Numbered from the stretch's first letter, positions 1 through 9,697 are shown. The stretch is DNA of 64,000 nucleotides from an uncultured Bifidobacterium sp. (GCA_964577955.1 CAZOAZ010000023.1:8005-72004); one strand, 5' to 3'. Numbers and translations are program-made. Notes: generated by a model not told the origin, from the letters alone.

Positions 1-132
1 GATCCTTCTGCCGAGGAAGCTGTCCATCGACACGTCCACGAGCGTGTCGAAGGTGGAGGATGGCCTGCGGCTGGTGACCGTACGCCCAATCAGCGACGAC
101 CGTCCGGACAGCGAGCGCGCGCCCAGCAGCAC
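1..132 (-). CDS. 5' part of an unidentified CDS running off the left edge (start uncertain; first in-frame GTG at 132)
   Basis: The minus-strand frame ending at base 1 is open from ~207 to 1 with G/C at almost every third codon position (..VLLGARSLSGRSSLIGRTVTSRRPSSTFDTLVDVSMDSFLGRRI). No domain recognised. Confidence 0.3.
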   Translation of the reverse strand, partial: MLLGARSLSGRSSLIGRTVTSRRPSSTFDTLVDVSMDSFLGRRI

Positions 133-214
133 GACGCGGCAGACAAAGCTGTTGCGGACGACAGCCGCGGCGCGGCTTTCACGGCCGGCGGCGCCAAACT
201 TTCCTGAAAGCGAA

Positions 215-1408
215 TTAGTCGCGGCCACTCTCGGATCGCGGTTCGAGGGTCAGAACGTTGCCAATCAGCTGATAGGTCGCGGTTTCGATCTGGATGTCGA
301 TGCCAGGCCGCACCGGGCGGTTTTCGAACGACCAGCCGTCCGCGGTGCGCGTCGCCGGCAGCCGGAACACGGCCTCGATGACGTTGATGCGCCCTTCGCG
401 CAGATCGTTCTTGGTTTCGCCGACGAGTTCGCGCTCGACGCGCAGCGATTGGATGCGCGGCGTGAGCGTCCCGAACAGATCGCGTGGCGGCGCCGCCAGG
501 TCGCGTTGGGCGAGCGCCAGCACTTCGGGCCGCACGACGGAGCGGATCCGGATGTCGATAGGCGCCGGGTTGTCCGGATAGACCTTCTGCACGACGAACG
601 TGAGCGGACGCGTCTTGCGCGGCGCATCGGGTGCGGGCGGCGGCGCGGGCGGTGCCCCCGCGGGGGGCGGTTCGGGCGCGACGGCAATCGGCACCTCGAG
701 TTCGGCGCCGACCACGACGCGTTTGTCCTTGAACATCAGCTCCTTGCCGGGAAGCCGGCCCTGGAGCCGCACCGCCGCGACGACCTGCTTTCGGCCGGCA
801 ACCTGCACGGCGACCGGATTGTTTTCGGCAAGCGCGATCGTGGCCGGACGCGGCGGCTGCACCGCCATCACCTCGAGCCACTCGTTCACGGGCACTGTGC
901 TGTCGAGCACCGCGAGGAGCTTCGCGCCCTTCCTGATCTCGGCGACATCTTTGTCTTCGATCCGGTTGAACGATCCGACCACGACGACGGTCGCCAGCGG
1001 ATCGTCGGGCACCACGACTTTCTCGGGCGGAAGGATCGTGATGTGCTGTCCGCGCGCCACTTCCTGCGCTTCGTCGAACAGGATCAGCTCATAGTCCCCT
1101 GGCGGCATTTCCGCCAGCCTCACCTGCGCGTGATCGGGCGTGGCAAAGAGATATTCGGCAGAGTTCTTGTTCATGAACGCCCGGAAGTACGGACGCAGGT
1201 TCGTGCCCTGCACATCCAGATAGGCGCCCTTGGCCGCCGCCACTTTGATTTCCTTGGGCGTGACGGCGGTGACGGTCGGCACCGGCGGCTGGAAGAGCAG
1301 GTACGCGGCGTAGCCGAGCGGGATCAGCAACAGCACGACCGCCGCGACGGCGGCGTCGATCAGATTGAGCTTGCCGAAGAGCCGGCCGCGATCATCGAGC
1401 AGTGGCAT
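215..1408 (-). CDS. DUF4330-like protein with N-terminal membrane anchor and a Pro/Ala-rich linker
   Basis: 397 aa with an ATG start. The N-terminus MPLLDDRGRLFGKLNLIDAAVAAVVLLLIP matches the characteristic DUF4330 opening (..KGKLFGKINIIDL.. plus TM helix). There is an internal APEPPPAGAPPAPPPAPDAP linker. Confidence 0.6.
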   Translation of the reverse strand: MPLLDDRGRLFGKLNLIDAAVAAVVLLLIPLGYAAYLLFQPPVPTVTAVTPKEIKVAAAKGAYLDVQGTNLRPYFRAFMNKNSAEYLFATPDHAQVRLAEMPPGDYELILFDEAQEVARGQHITILPPEKVVVPDDPLATVVVVGSFNRIEDKDVAEIRKGAKLLAVLDSTVPVNEWLEVMAVQPPRPATIALAENNPVAVQVAGRKQVVAAVRLQGRLPGKELMFKDKRVVVGAELEVPIAVAPEPPPAGAPPAPPPAPDAPRKTRPLTFVVQKVYPDNPAPIDIRIRSVVRPEVLALAQRDLAAPPRDLFGTLTPRIQSLRVERELVGETKNDLREGRINVIEAVFRLPATRTADGWSFENRPVRPGIDIQIETATYQLIGNVLTLEPRSESGRD

Positions 1409-2870
1409 ACGTCGAAGAGTGACTCAGGGCGTCGTCGGCCGGAGCCGTGGCGCGCGGACGAAAGTATAGTACGGCGGCTTCGGCGACCGCACAGAAGCCG
1501 AGCGCGCCGAGAAACAGGACGAACGGCACGACCATGTCGCGCATGCGGATGAACGTGCCGATATTGCCGCTCGGCAGCGAGATGATCGATCCGGCGATCG
1601 CGATATAGCCGAAGAGCAGCCAGGTCAGCCATGGATTGCGGCGCAGCCCCGCGACGACGCCGGCGAACGCGAACACGATCGAGAGATACCACACCACCAT
1701 CTCGGGCAGGAATACGAGCGCCGGCCGCGACGACATCTGCCACGGCTTCGGCACCGTGGCAAAGCTCGCGATCGAGCGCAGCGCGTAGCGCGCGGCCTCT
1801 TCAGGCACCATGAACGACAGGTCGTTGTTGACCCACCAGCGTGTGTAGAAGTACGGATCGAGCGTTTTGTACCCGTAGCCTTGCGTGCCGACGTTGCCGA
1901 TGTGAGTAACGGCGGCGGTTCGAAACTGGTACATCAATCGCTCCTGGATGTCCGGACGCTGAATGCCCTCGTAGCCGACGAGGAGCGCGAAGGCGACCGC
2001 CCCGACGCAGAGCCACGCCCGCCACGTCGCGATTCTGGCGGCAATCCCGACGGCCATGCCGCCGGCCGTGACGATCCAGCCGATCGAACGGATCGTAGCC
2101 ACGGCATTCGCCGCGAGCAGCGCAGGCACGACCGCCAGGACGCGCATCCACCAGCGCCGGCCGATGAAGATCGTCGCCGTCGACGCGAGCGCGACCGACG
2201 TCAGGAAGAAATACGCCGACTCCTTGAGCGCCGACATCGAGAAGATGAACAGCGACGGCAGCCACAGCACGAGCGCGAGACCCAGGCTGGACGGCGCCGC
2301 GCCGAACCACGGCCGCACGACTTTGAACAGCACGATGGCGCCGGCGACGTACAGCAGGATGTTGAAGAGATGCACGCTGTACGGCGAGGGACCAAACAGC
2401 GCGTGCAGGAGCGCAAACGCATAGACGAGACCGGACTCGCCGTACTCCTGATAGGTGTAGATCCAGTCGGTGGGCGCAATCGGCACATCGAGGACGATGT
2501 TCCGCAGCCAGAGCGCGCGCCACTGGATCAGCATCTCGTCGCCGATCATCAGACCGTACGGGACTTTGCTGTGATCGGTGGCCAGCACGAACACCGTCAG
2601 CGCGAGCGCCCGGGCCGCCAACGCCGCGCCAATCAGCGTCATCACGGCGGCGCGTTCGCGCCCCACGAGCCCGCGACCCGCCCAGACGACGAGCAGGCTG
2701 GCGAGGATCAGAAACCAGGTCGTGAACGGCGACAGCGCGTGGCTGACGCCGGCGAGAATCCCGAGCGCCGTGGCCCCACCCCAGGCCAGGGCATGCGACC
2801 GCGACGACACGGGGGGGACCACGTCGTCACCCCTCAATCCGGCTGAAGCCGGATCCCACAAACCTCTCAT
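1392..2870 (-). CDS. Polytopic integral membrane protein (GT-C / Wzy-like candidate, function unknown)
   Basis: 492 aa with many hydrophobic segments. The ATG at 2870 forms an ATGA overlap with the stop of the upstream GT4 gene. No soluble-domain motif recognised. Confidence 0.6.
   Translation of the reverse strand: MRGLWDPASAGLRGDDVVPPVSSRSHALAWGGATALGILAGVSHALSPFTTWFLILASLLVVWAGRGLVGRERAAVMTLIGAALAARALALTVFVLATDHSKVPYGLMIGDEMLIQWRALWLRNIVLDVPIAPTDWIYTYQEYGESGLVYAFALLHALFGPSPYSVHLFNILLYVAGAIVLFKVVRPWFGAAPSSLGLALVLWLPSLFIFSMSALKESAYFFLTSVALASTATIFIGRRWWMRVLAVVPALLAANAVATIRSIGWIVTAGGMAVGIAARIATWRAWLCVGAVAFALLVGYEGIQRPDIQERLMYQFRTAAVTHIGNVGTQGYGYKTLDPYFYTRWWVNNDLSFMVPEEAARYALRSIASFATVPKPWQMSSRPALVFLPEMVVWYLSIVFAFAGVVAGLRRNPWLTWLLFGYIAIAGSIISLPSGNIGTFIRMRDMVVPFVLFLGALGFCAVAEAAVLYFRPRATAPADDALSHSSTYATAR
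2837..2854. repeat. REP-like palindromic hairpin element inside a CDS (atccggc-tgaa-gccggat)
   Basis: 7-bp stem with a 4-nt loop. Its reverse complement shares a 17-nt identity (tccggcttcagccggat) with the element at 45700-45716. Confidence 0.6.
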
Positions 2871-4054
2871 GCAGGTTCAAGCATACGTTCGTACAGCCGG
2901 CGGATGTCGCCGACGAGCCGTGACTGGTCGAAGCGCCCGACGACGCTGGCCCGGGCCGCACGGCCGGTTGCGTCTCTCAGACCGGCGTCGCCGGCAAAAC
3001 GTAACATCGCTTCCGTGAGTGCCGCGGCATCGCCGAACGGCACCAGCGTACCCTCGGCTGGCGACGTGATCACATCGCGGACGCCGCCGACGTCGGTGCT
3101 GACCGCGGCCACGCCCGCCGCCATCGCTTCGATCAGCGCCACCGGTGTCCCTTCGTTCCTCGACGTCAGCATGAAGATGTCGGTCGCGCCGTAGATCACG
3201 TCGAGATCGCCGCGCCAGCCGAGAAACCGCACCGTCGCGTCCAGCCCCGCGGACTTCACCTGCTGTTCGAGCTCCGCCCGCAGTTCGCCGTCGCCGACGA
3301 TGAGCAGCCGCAGCCGTCCGTCACGCGCCAACGCCTGGCGAAATGCGTCGAGCAGCAGCCCGTGTTGTTTGATCGCGGTCAGCCGCCCGACGGTTGAAAC
3401 AACGAGGGTGTCGGGCGCGATGTCGAGGACCGCTCGTGCGCGCAGTCGGTCGGCCGGCGCGACGCGCGCCAGCTTCTCGAGCTTGAAGCCAAGCGGCACG
3501 ATGACGACGTTACGGCCGTCGCTGATCGCGTACGTCTTCACCAGGTCGTTCTGCACCTGCGCGGATATCGCGATCAGCCGATCGCTTCGTTTTCCTAGCC
3601 ACCGTTCGACCGCGAGAAACACCTTGGTGCTCAAGCCGCCGAAGTACCCCTCGAAGACGTGACCGTGGTAGGTATGGACCATGCGCGTCCGTTGCGATCG
3701 TCCCGTCGTCCAGTTGTAGGCGACCGCCGCCAGGCGGCCGAGCGCGCCGGCTTTGGCCATATGGGTGTGAACGATGTGCGGGCGCCAGCGGCGGAGGGCG
3801 CGATAGATGCGCCACAGCGCCCTGAGATCGCGCAGCGGCGAGACCGGCCGCACCAGGTCGTCCACATACTCCATCGTCACGCCGTCGGTCCCGATGAGAC
3901 CGGTCATGTCGCCTTCGGCCTCGCCCAGTTTGCCGTGTATCAAGAGCGAGCTGAAGCCGGCGGCGCCGAGCTCACGACTGAGAGTGATGGCCTGAATCGA
4001 CGGACCGCCGATGTTGAGGCGGGTGATGATGCGGACGACCCGGCGCTCGCTCAC
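2867..4054 (-). CDS. Glycosyltransferase family 4 (GT-B)
   Basis: 395 aa. C-terminal EX7E-type motif TSRNEGTPVALIEAMAAGVAAVSTDVGG. The GTG start at 4054 forms a GTGA overlap with the upstream stop. Confidence 0.85.
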   Translation of the reverse strand: MSERRVVRIITRLNIGGPSIQAITLSRELGAAGFSSLLIHGKLGEAEGDMTGLIGTDGVTMEYVDDLVRPVSPLRDLRALWRIYRALRRWRPHIVHTHMAKAGALGRLAAVAYNWTTGRSQRTRMVHTYHGHVFEGYFGGLSTKVFLAVERWLGKRSDRLIAISAQVQNDLVKTYAISDGRNVVIVPLGFKLEKLARVAPADRLRARAVLDIAPDTLVVSTVGRLTAIKQHGLLLDAFRQALARDGRLRLLIVGDGELRAELEQQVKSAGLDATVRFLGWRGDLDVIYGATDIFMLTSRNEGTPVALIEAMAAGVAAVSTDVGGVRDVITSPAEGTLVPFGDAAALTEAMLRFAGDAGLRDATGRAARASVVGRFDQSRLVGDIRRLYERMLEPA

Positions 4055-5982
4055 GCCGTGGCCGCTTCGCGCACGACGCCGCGCGTGGTCCAGTCCGAGA
4101 GCGAGCGGAGCCAGATCTCGAAGGTGAGGATGGTCCAGAGCTGCAGGCCGAGATCGGCGTCGCCGTTCAGATGGCGGGTGACCAGCCGGTGAACATAGTC
4201 AGTCGACAGGTACTCGGGATAGCGGGCGTCCGGCGTCAGCAGCAGATCGGTGACCGCGTCGCGAAGCGCGCCTCTGAACCAGAGCCCGAACGGAATTCCG
4301 AAGCCCATCTTGCCGCGGCGCTGAATCTGCGCTGGAATGAGGTCCGCAAAGGCCTCGCGCAGGATGATCTTGGTGCGGCCGCGCTGCAGCTTCATGTCGT
4401 CCGGCAGCGACGCGACGTATTCAATCAGCGCGGTGTCCAGGAACGGCGACCGCGCTTCCAGCGAGTTCGCCATCGTGCAGCGATCGACCTTGATCAGCAG
4501 ATCGTCCAGCAGATACGTGTTGAAATTGATCTGCAAGACGCGGCTCAGCGTCGTCCGCCCGGCGGTGGCGTCCTCGAATCCGCGCAGATAGCGCAGACGA
4601 TCGACAACCGGCGTGGACTGTTTCAGCTCAGGTGAAAGCAGCACGTCGAGGTCGTCGTAGAACAGCCCCGACCAGCGTGTGATCCGCTCGTTGAGCGGCA
4701 GGCTCATCGCCGCGCTGAAGCGCTGTGCCCGCGAGAACCAGTGGCGCGCGGTCGGCCCCTCGGGAAGGATCGATGCCGCCGCCCGCACCACGGCGCGAAT
4801 CGGCGACGGAATCCGTTCCGCCACCATCGCCGCATAAAAGCGCAGGTACCCGGCGAACAGCTCGTCGCCGCCGTCGCCATTCAACACGACGGTCACCTGG
4901 CGCCTGGTCAGTTGCGAGACGAGATAGGTCGGCACTGCCGACGAATCGCCGAAGGGGCCGTCGTGATGCCAGACCAGCTTTTCAATGAGATCGAACGCGG
5001 TGGGTTCGACGATGAACTCGGTGTGGTCGGTTTTGAAACGCGCCGCGGCAATGCGCGCGAAGGCCGTTTCGTCGTAGTCCGGGCTGTCCTTGAAACCAAT
5101 GCTGAACGTCTTGACCGGGCGATCGGTCAGACGACTCATCAACCCGACCACGACCGTCGAGTCCACTCCGCCGCTGAGGAACGCGCCGAGCGGAACGTCC
5201 GACATCAGACGACGTTCGACCGCCGACGTCATGAGGTCGCGAATGGTCCTGACGACCACTTGCCGATCGGGCGGCGTCTGAACCTCCGAGGCTTTCGGGA
5301 ACTTCAGCGACCAGTAGCGGCGCGAGGTCGTACGGCCGTGGCGATCGACGGTCATCACCGTGCCCGGTTCGACCTGCAGGACACCGCGATAAAGCGTCCG
5401 CGGGCACGGTGCGTAGCCATAGAGGAAGTAGTACGGCACCATCTCGCGATCGATCTCGAGACGGAGATCGCGAACCGGAAAGAGCGTTTTGATCTCCGAC
5501 CCGAACAGCAGCCGGTGCGCGTCGTGGTAGTAGAACAGCGGCTTCTTGCCCGACCGATCGCGCGCCAGTGTCAGCCGACGCTCGCGTTCGTCCCAGACGG
5601 CGATCGCGAACATGCCGTCGAGCCGATCGACGAAGGCCGGCCCGAGCTCTTCGTAGAGATGGACGATGACTTCGGTGTCGGTGCGCGAACGGAAGATGTG
5701 GCCCTTGCGCAGGAGCTCTTCGCGGATCGGCGCGAAGTTGTAGATCTCGCCGTTGAAGACGACCTGCACCGAGCCGTCTTCGTTGGCCATCGGCTGTCTG
5801 CCGTTCTCGCTGAGGTCGACGATCGCGAGGCGGCGGAAGCCGAGGGCGGCGCGATGCGACGGCGAGAGGTAGACACCCTCAGAATCCGGGCCGCGGTGCA
5901 CAATCTGATCGCGCATCGCGATCAGCCGCTCCGCGCTCACCGGCGCCTCGTCGAATCGCACTTCTCCGCAAATCCCACACAT
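4051..5982 (-). CDS. Asparagine synthase (glutamine-hydrolysing) family amidotransferase, copy 1
   Basis: The start is taken at the internal MCGICGEVRF (Ntn Cys2) rather than the ORF-track start at 6138. PP-loop motif GAFLSGGVDSTVVVG. A 1-nt TGATG overlap with the upstream gene at 5982. Confidence 0.88.
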   Translation of the reverse strand: MCGICGEVRFDEAPVSAERLIAMRDQIVHRGPDSEGVYLSPSHRAALGFRRLAIVDLSENGRQPMANEDGSVQVVFNGEIYNFAPIREELLRKGHIFRSRTDTEVIVHLYEELGPAFVDRLDGMFAIAVWDERERRLTLARDRSGKKPLFYYHDAHRLLFGSEIKTLFPVRDLRLEIDREMVPYYFLYGYAPCPRTLYRGVLQVEPGTVMTVDRHGRTTSRRYWSLKFPKASEVQTPPDRQVVVRTIRDLMTSAVERRLMSDVPLGAFLSGGVDSTVVVGLMSRLTDRPVKTFSIGFKDSPDYDETAFARIAAARFKTDHTEFIVEPTAFDLIEKLVWHHDGPFGDSSAVPTYLVSQLTRRQVTVVLNGDGGDELFAGYLRFYAAMVAERIPSPIRAVVRAAASILPEGPTARHWFSRAQRFSAAMSLPLNERITRWSGLFYDDLDVLLSPELKQSTPVVDRLRYLRGFEDATAGRTTLSRVLQINFNTYLLDDLLIKVDRCTMANSLEARSPFLDTALIEYVASLPDDMKLQRGRTKIILREAFADLIPAQIQRRGKMGFGIPFGLWFRGALRDAVTDLLLTPDARYPEYLSTDYVHRLVTRHLNGDADLGLQLWTILTFEIWLRSLSDWTTRGVVREAATA

Positions 5983-7835
5983 CAGAGCCAGCCCTTCCAC
6001 CAGTACCAGGCGATTGCCGCGTATTCGTGGGCCAGGCCGCGCAGCTGATCGAGGCTCGCGCCGCGATCGTGCGTGTAGAACTGCGTGTCCATCACCGGCG
6101 TCGGCGTCACGCTGAGCCCGGGCGCACGCTTCTTCCACACCAGCATCGCCCGGCGCATGTTGTACGGCGAGCTCACCAGCAGGATCCGCCGCCAGCCGTG
6201 CTTGTCGAGAACCGCCGCGACCTGTTCGGCGGCCTCGTAGGTGTTCGCGCCGGACGGCTCGAGCACGATCGCCGACGACGGCACGCCGAGGTTGAGCGCC
6301 AGGTCGCGCATGATCTCGGCTTCCTTGAACGCAAACACGTAGCCGGATTGAAAGATCATGCTGGGCGCAAAACCGCCGCGATAGAGATCGACGGCCTGCT
6401 TCACGCGCTCCTGATAGCCGCCGCCGGCCTGACCCGACTCACCCACGCCGCCGGCAAACACGACGATGGCATCGGCGGCTACGGGCGGCTGGCTCAGTCG
6501 GAGCGGCTCAGCCAGAACCCACGGCGTCGAGGTCTCGAAGGCCAGATACGCGATCAGGACAATCGCGAGGGCGGCGGCCAGCCCGCTGCGGGTCCGGCGA
6601 TAGATCCGGCGCAGCCGGACTTCCCACGCGTCGCGCCGACGGCGCGCGCTTTCGAGGCGCTCTTCGACCAGCCCCGACATCCGCCGGATTCGCGCGTCCC
6701 AGCTGTTTTCCTTCGCCACGCTGATCCGCTGATCGCGCTCTTGCTTCGACGCGGGCTGCAGCGCCGCCTCGATCGCGCGCACGAACGCCGGTGCATCGGA
6801 CGCGACGGCCACGCGCGGTCCATGATCCTCATTGAACCGGCGGATCTCCGGCAGGTCGGTGGCCACGACCGGCAGCCCCATCGACAAGTACTCGTTCAAC
6901 TTCGTCGGGTAGACGTTCGCGGTGTAGTCGCTCAGCACGTACGGCACGATGCCGACGTCGAACCCCTTGATGTATTTCGGGATCTCGTCATGCCCGCGCT
7001 TGCCGAGAAAGTGCAGGTTGGGAATGCCGGCGGCCTCGCCCAGCTCAGTCTGCAGCGGACCGACCATCGCGAACGTCGTCTTCGGCATCGCCTTCGCCGT
7101 CTGCGCGAGCAGCTGGAGATCCATCCACCGATGGATGCCGCCGATGTAGCCGACGATGGGACGCGCCAGCGCCGCCAGGTCCGCCGGCGGCGGCTCGGTC
7201 GATTCGCGGACCTGTTCAAACTTCCTGAAGCTGACGCCGAACGGAAAGAGGTGAACGCTCTTGCTGAACCGTGCGGCCCGCTCGCGCAGCTTCTCGGAGG
7301 TCACAAACACCAGATCGACTTCGGCGAACAGCCGCTGCTCGGAGTCGGTGATCCGCTGGGCCGCCTTCGAACTGGACGCGAAATCGTCGATGCAGTAGTA
7401 CACCGACACGATCGGATCGAGACGCGGGATGGTTTCGCGAACCAGCGGCGTCGGCAGAAACGTCCAGACAATCGGCTGGTTGAAGCCGGCCGCCCGCATC
7501 CAGCGCCGCAGCGACCGCAGGAACAGGAACCGGTTGATGCGCCGGACAATCGGTGAATACGGAAACGGGAGCAGCAGCGGCGAGTAGATGAACAGCCGCT
7601 CGCGCTCGCTGCGGAAACCGTTGGTCCCGCGCCACCAGTTGCGGAGGCGCTGGCGGATTCGCGGCAGATCGCGGACCGACGGAGTCCGGACGCCGGTGTT
7701 CTCGACGAACAGGATCCGGTTTCCGTTCGCCGCGAGCGTCGACATGATTTCCTGGTGCCCCTGCCAGATGAACTGCCAGTCGATCGACGAAAAGCACACG
7801 ATGTCGTGGCCGCTGAGCATCGCCGGTTCGCTCAT
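5982..7835 (-). CDS. Fusion protein: GT-B glycosyltransferase + TM segment + DUF218 (YdcF/ElyC-like) domain
   Basis: The start is taken at MSEPAMLSGHDIVCFSSIDWQFIWQGHQ (ATG 7835, ATGA overlap). GT-B C-terminal motif PTKLNEYLSMGLPVVATD. A TM helix LAAALAIVLIAYLAF follows, then DUF218 motifs AIVVFAGGVG..SGYVFAFKEAEIM..LEPSGANTYE..LLVSSPYNMRRA. Confidence 0.8.
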   Translation of the reverse strand: MSEPAMLSGHDIVCFSSIDWQFIWQGHQEIMSTLAANGNRILFVENTGVRTPSVRDLPRIRQRLRNWWRGTNGFRSERERLFIYSPLLLPFPYSPIVRRINRFLFLRSLRRWMRAAGFNQPIVWTFLPTPLVRETIPRLDPIVSVYYCIDDFASSSKAAQRITDSEQRLFAEVDLVFVTSEKLRERAARFSKSVHLFPFGVSFRKFEQVRESTEPPPADLAALARPIVGYIGGIHRWMDLQLLAQTAKAMPKTTFAMVGPLQTELGEAAGIPNLHFLGKRGHDEIPKYIKGFDVGIVPYVLSDYTANVYPTKLNEYLSMGLPVVATDLPEIRRFNEDHGPRVAVASDAPAFVRAIEAALQPASKQERDQRISVAKENSWDARIRRMSGLVEERLESARRRRDAWEVRLRRIYRRTRSGLAAALAIVLIAYLAFETSTPWVLAEPLRLSQPPVAADAIVVFAGGVGESGQAGGGYQERVKQAVDLYRGGFAPSMIFQSGYVFAFKEAEIMRDLALNLGVPSSAIVLEPSGANTYEAAEQVAAVLDKHGWRRILLVSSPYNMRRAMLVWKKRAPGLSVTPTPVMDTQFYTHDRGASLDQLRGLAHEYAAIAWYWWKGWL

Positions 7836-9697
7836 GCGCGGACCCCGCGGTACCACAGCTCGAACATCAGCAGGACCCAGAGGTGGTGCGCGTGGTCGGC
7901 CGCGCCTTTGCCGTGCGCCTCGATCAGCCGATCGATTGCCGGCTGTTCGAGGACGCCGGCCCGCGCCGCGCACGAGGGCTGGAGATGATCCCGGAGAAAT
8001 CCGCGCAGTTCACCGCGGAACCAGGTCCGGAGCGGCACGGCGAAACCGCGCTTCGGCCGCTTCAGAATCTGCGCCGGCAGACGGCCAGCAAAGACCTTCT
8101 TCAACAGATGCTTGGTGGTCAGCCGTTTCAGTTTCAGCCGCGTCGGCAGACGGGCCACGAATTCGGCCAGCGGCACGTCGAGCATCGGCGAGCGGACCTC
8201 GAGCGAGTGCGCCATGCTCGCGATGTCCGCCTTCGGCAGAAGGTCCGTCGGGAGATAGAAGTTGGTGTCGACGGCCAGCATGGCGTCGATGGCATCGAGG
8301 CCTGCCGTCTGATCGAACGCGCTGCCGACAGCGGCGTCGTCCGCGGCGACGCGCGATACGTCGTGCGTGAGATCGCGGCTGAAGACGCCGGCCCACGCGC
8401 GGTAGCGCGCTTCACGAGAGGCAGCGGCCGCCGTCGCAAACCGCGTCGCGCGGGCGCCGCCGAAGTCGGCCAGAAGACGCGTCCGCGCCAGCCGCTCGCC
8501 GGCGCGGCGCAGCGGCGCGGGCACCGACCGCCACCGCTCGGCCAGATCGTTGGCGAGCACGCGGCCATACCCGGCAAAGACTTCGTCTCCACCATCCCCT
8601 GAAAGCGCCACGGTGACCGATTGGCGCGTCAACCGTGACAGATGCCACGTCGGAATCGCCGACGAATCAGCATACGGCTCGCCGAAGTGGCGCACGACGT
8701 CCGGCAGAACGTCCACTGCCGACGGTTTGACGACGAACTCGGTGTGCTCGCAACCGAACTGTGCCGCGACGCGCTTCGCGTACGACAGTTCGTCGTACTC
8801 CGGCTGATCGAACCCGATTGAGAAGGTCTTCACCGGCCGATCGGACAGGCCCGCCATGAGCGCGACGACCGCGCTGGAGTCGACCCCGCCGCTCAGAAAC
8901 GCGCCGAGCGGCACTTCGCCAATCAGCCGCTTGCGCACCGCCGCCGTCAGCAGGCGCTCGACTTCGGCGGCCGCGTCCCGTTCAGTGATCGTGGCCTTGG
9001 GCTCGAACGACAGCGACCAGTAGCGGATGACCGCCGTCCCCTCGGCCTTTCGCACCAGCACGTGCGCCGGCGGCAGCTTCCTCACATCGCGGTAGATGGT
9101 CCGCGGCGCCGGAATCGCCATGTAGGCGAGGTACTCGCCGAGCGCGTCGGGATCGAGATCGCGTGGGATGCCGGGGATCTGCAGCAATGACTGAAGTTCC
9201 GACGCAAAACCCAGCCGGCGGCCGTCGTCGAAATAGACGAGTGGTTTCTTGCCGAAGCGATCGCGCGCCAGGACGATCTGGCTGCGGCGATCGTCCCAGA
9301 CGGCGAACGCGAACATTCCGTCCAGCCGCTCGACGACGCGGGTGCCCCACTGCTCGTAGCCGTGCACGATCACTTCGGTGTCGGAACGCGTCTTGAAGTG
9401 GTGGCCGAACCCCGTCAGTTCGTCTCGCAGCGCCGCGAAGTTGTAGATCTCGCCGTTCAAGATCGTCCAGATGCTGCCGTCTTCGTTGGCAATCGGCTGA
9501 TGTCCGCCGGCCCGGTCGACGATGCTCAGACGCCGGCTGACCAGCCCGGCTCGAGGTCCGGCCGCCATCGCATCAGGGCGGCAGACGATGCCCTCGTCGT
9601 CAGGGCCGCGGTGCTCGAGCGACGCGCCCATGCGCGTCAAGAGCTGCGGATCAATCGGTGCACCATCGAAGTGCACGAGCCCGGCTATGCCGCACAT
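7832..9697 (-). CDS. Asparagine synthase (glutamine-hydrolysing) family amidotransferase, copy 2
   Basis: 621 aa starting MCGIAGLVHF. PP-loop motif GAFLSGGVDSSAVVA. Colinear with copy 1. Confidence 0.9.
   Translation of the reverse strand: MCGIAGLVHFDGAPIDPQLLTRMGASLEHRGPDDEGIVCRPDAMAAGPRAGLVSRRLSIVDRAGGHQPIANEDGSIWTILNGEIYNFAALRDELTGFGHHFKTRSDTEVIVHGYEQWGTRVVERLDGMFAFAVWDDRRSQIVLARDRFGKKPLVYFDDGRRLGFASELQSLLQIPGIPRDLDPDALGEYLAYMAIPAPRTIYRDVRKLPPAHVLVRKAEGTAVIRYWSLSFEPKATITERDAAAEVERLLTAAVRKRLIGEVPLGAFLSGGVDSSAVVALMAGLSDRPVKTFSIGFDQPEYDELSYAKRVAAQFGCEHTEFVVKPSAVDVLPDVVRHFGEPYADSSAIPTWHLSRLTRQSVTVALSGDGGDEVFAGYGRVLANDLAERWRSVPAPLRRAGERLARTRLLADFGGARATRFATAAAASREARYRAWAGVFSRDLTHDVSRVAADDAAVGSAFDQTAGLDAIDAMLAVDTNFYLPTDLLPKADIASMAHSLEVRSPMLDVPLAEFVARLPTRLKLKRLTTKHLLKKVFAGRLPAQILKRPKRGFAVPLRTWFRGELRGFLRDHLQPSCAARAGVLEQPAIDRLIEAHGKGAADHAHHLWVLLMFELWYRGVRA

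Noticed and set aside
133-214. A possible extension of the left-edge CDS up to the DUF4330 stop.
   Set aside because: The frame is open with high third-position GC, but it contains no ATG, GTG or TTG start codon upstream of 132.
44-1552. 502-aa plus-strand ORF, together with similar long ORFs opposite or out of frame to called genes. Examples: 4741-6048 +, 6027-7556 +, 12925-14118 +, 15049-16701 -, 17737-19041 +, 20141-21730 +, 23283-24767 +, 33319-34866 +, 46944-48581 +, 54005-55369 +, 57299-58972 +, 62620-63945 +. Off-frame minus-strand ORFs include 11257-12528, 29562-31142, 50611-52317 and 52571-54154.
   Set aside because: Their translations are Arg/Pro/Gly/Ala-rich with no motifs, as expected from stop-codon-poor alternative frames of high-GC DNA. 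Each is fully overlapped by an ORF that carries clear family motifs.
5983-6138. N-terminal extensions given by the ORF track. Examples: 4051-6138, 5982-7973, 9685-11205, 12164-13255, 18960-20363, 20069-21883, 23232-25160, 24725-25927, 38750-39922 and 42314-43627.
   Set aside because: The extensions are low-complexity Arg-rich sequence that overlaps the upstream gene. In each case an internal ATG or GTG gives a canonical family N-terminus (for example MCGICG) and a 1- or 4-nt stop/start overlap with the upstream gene.
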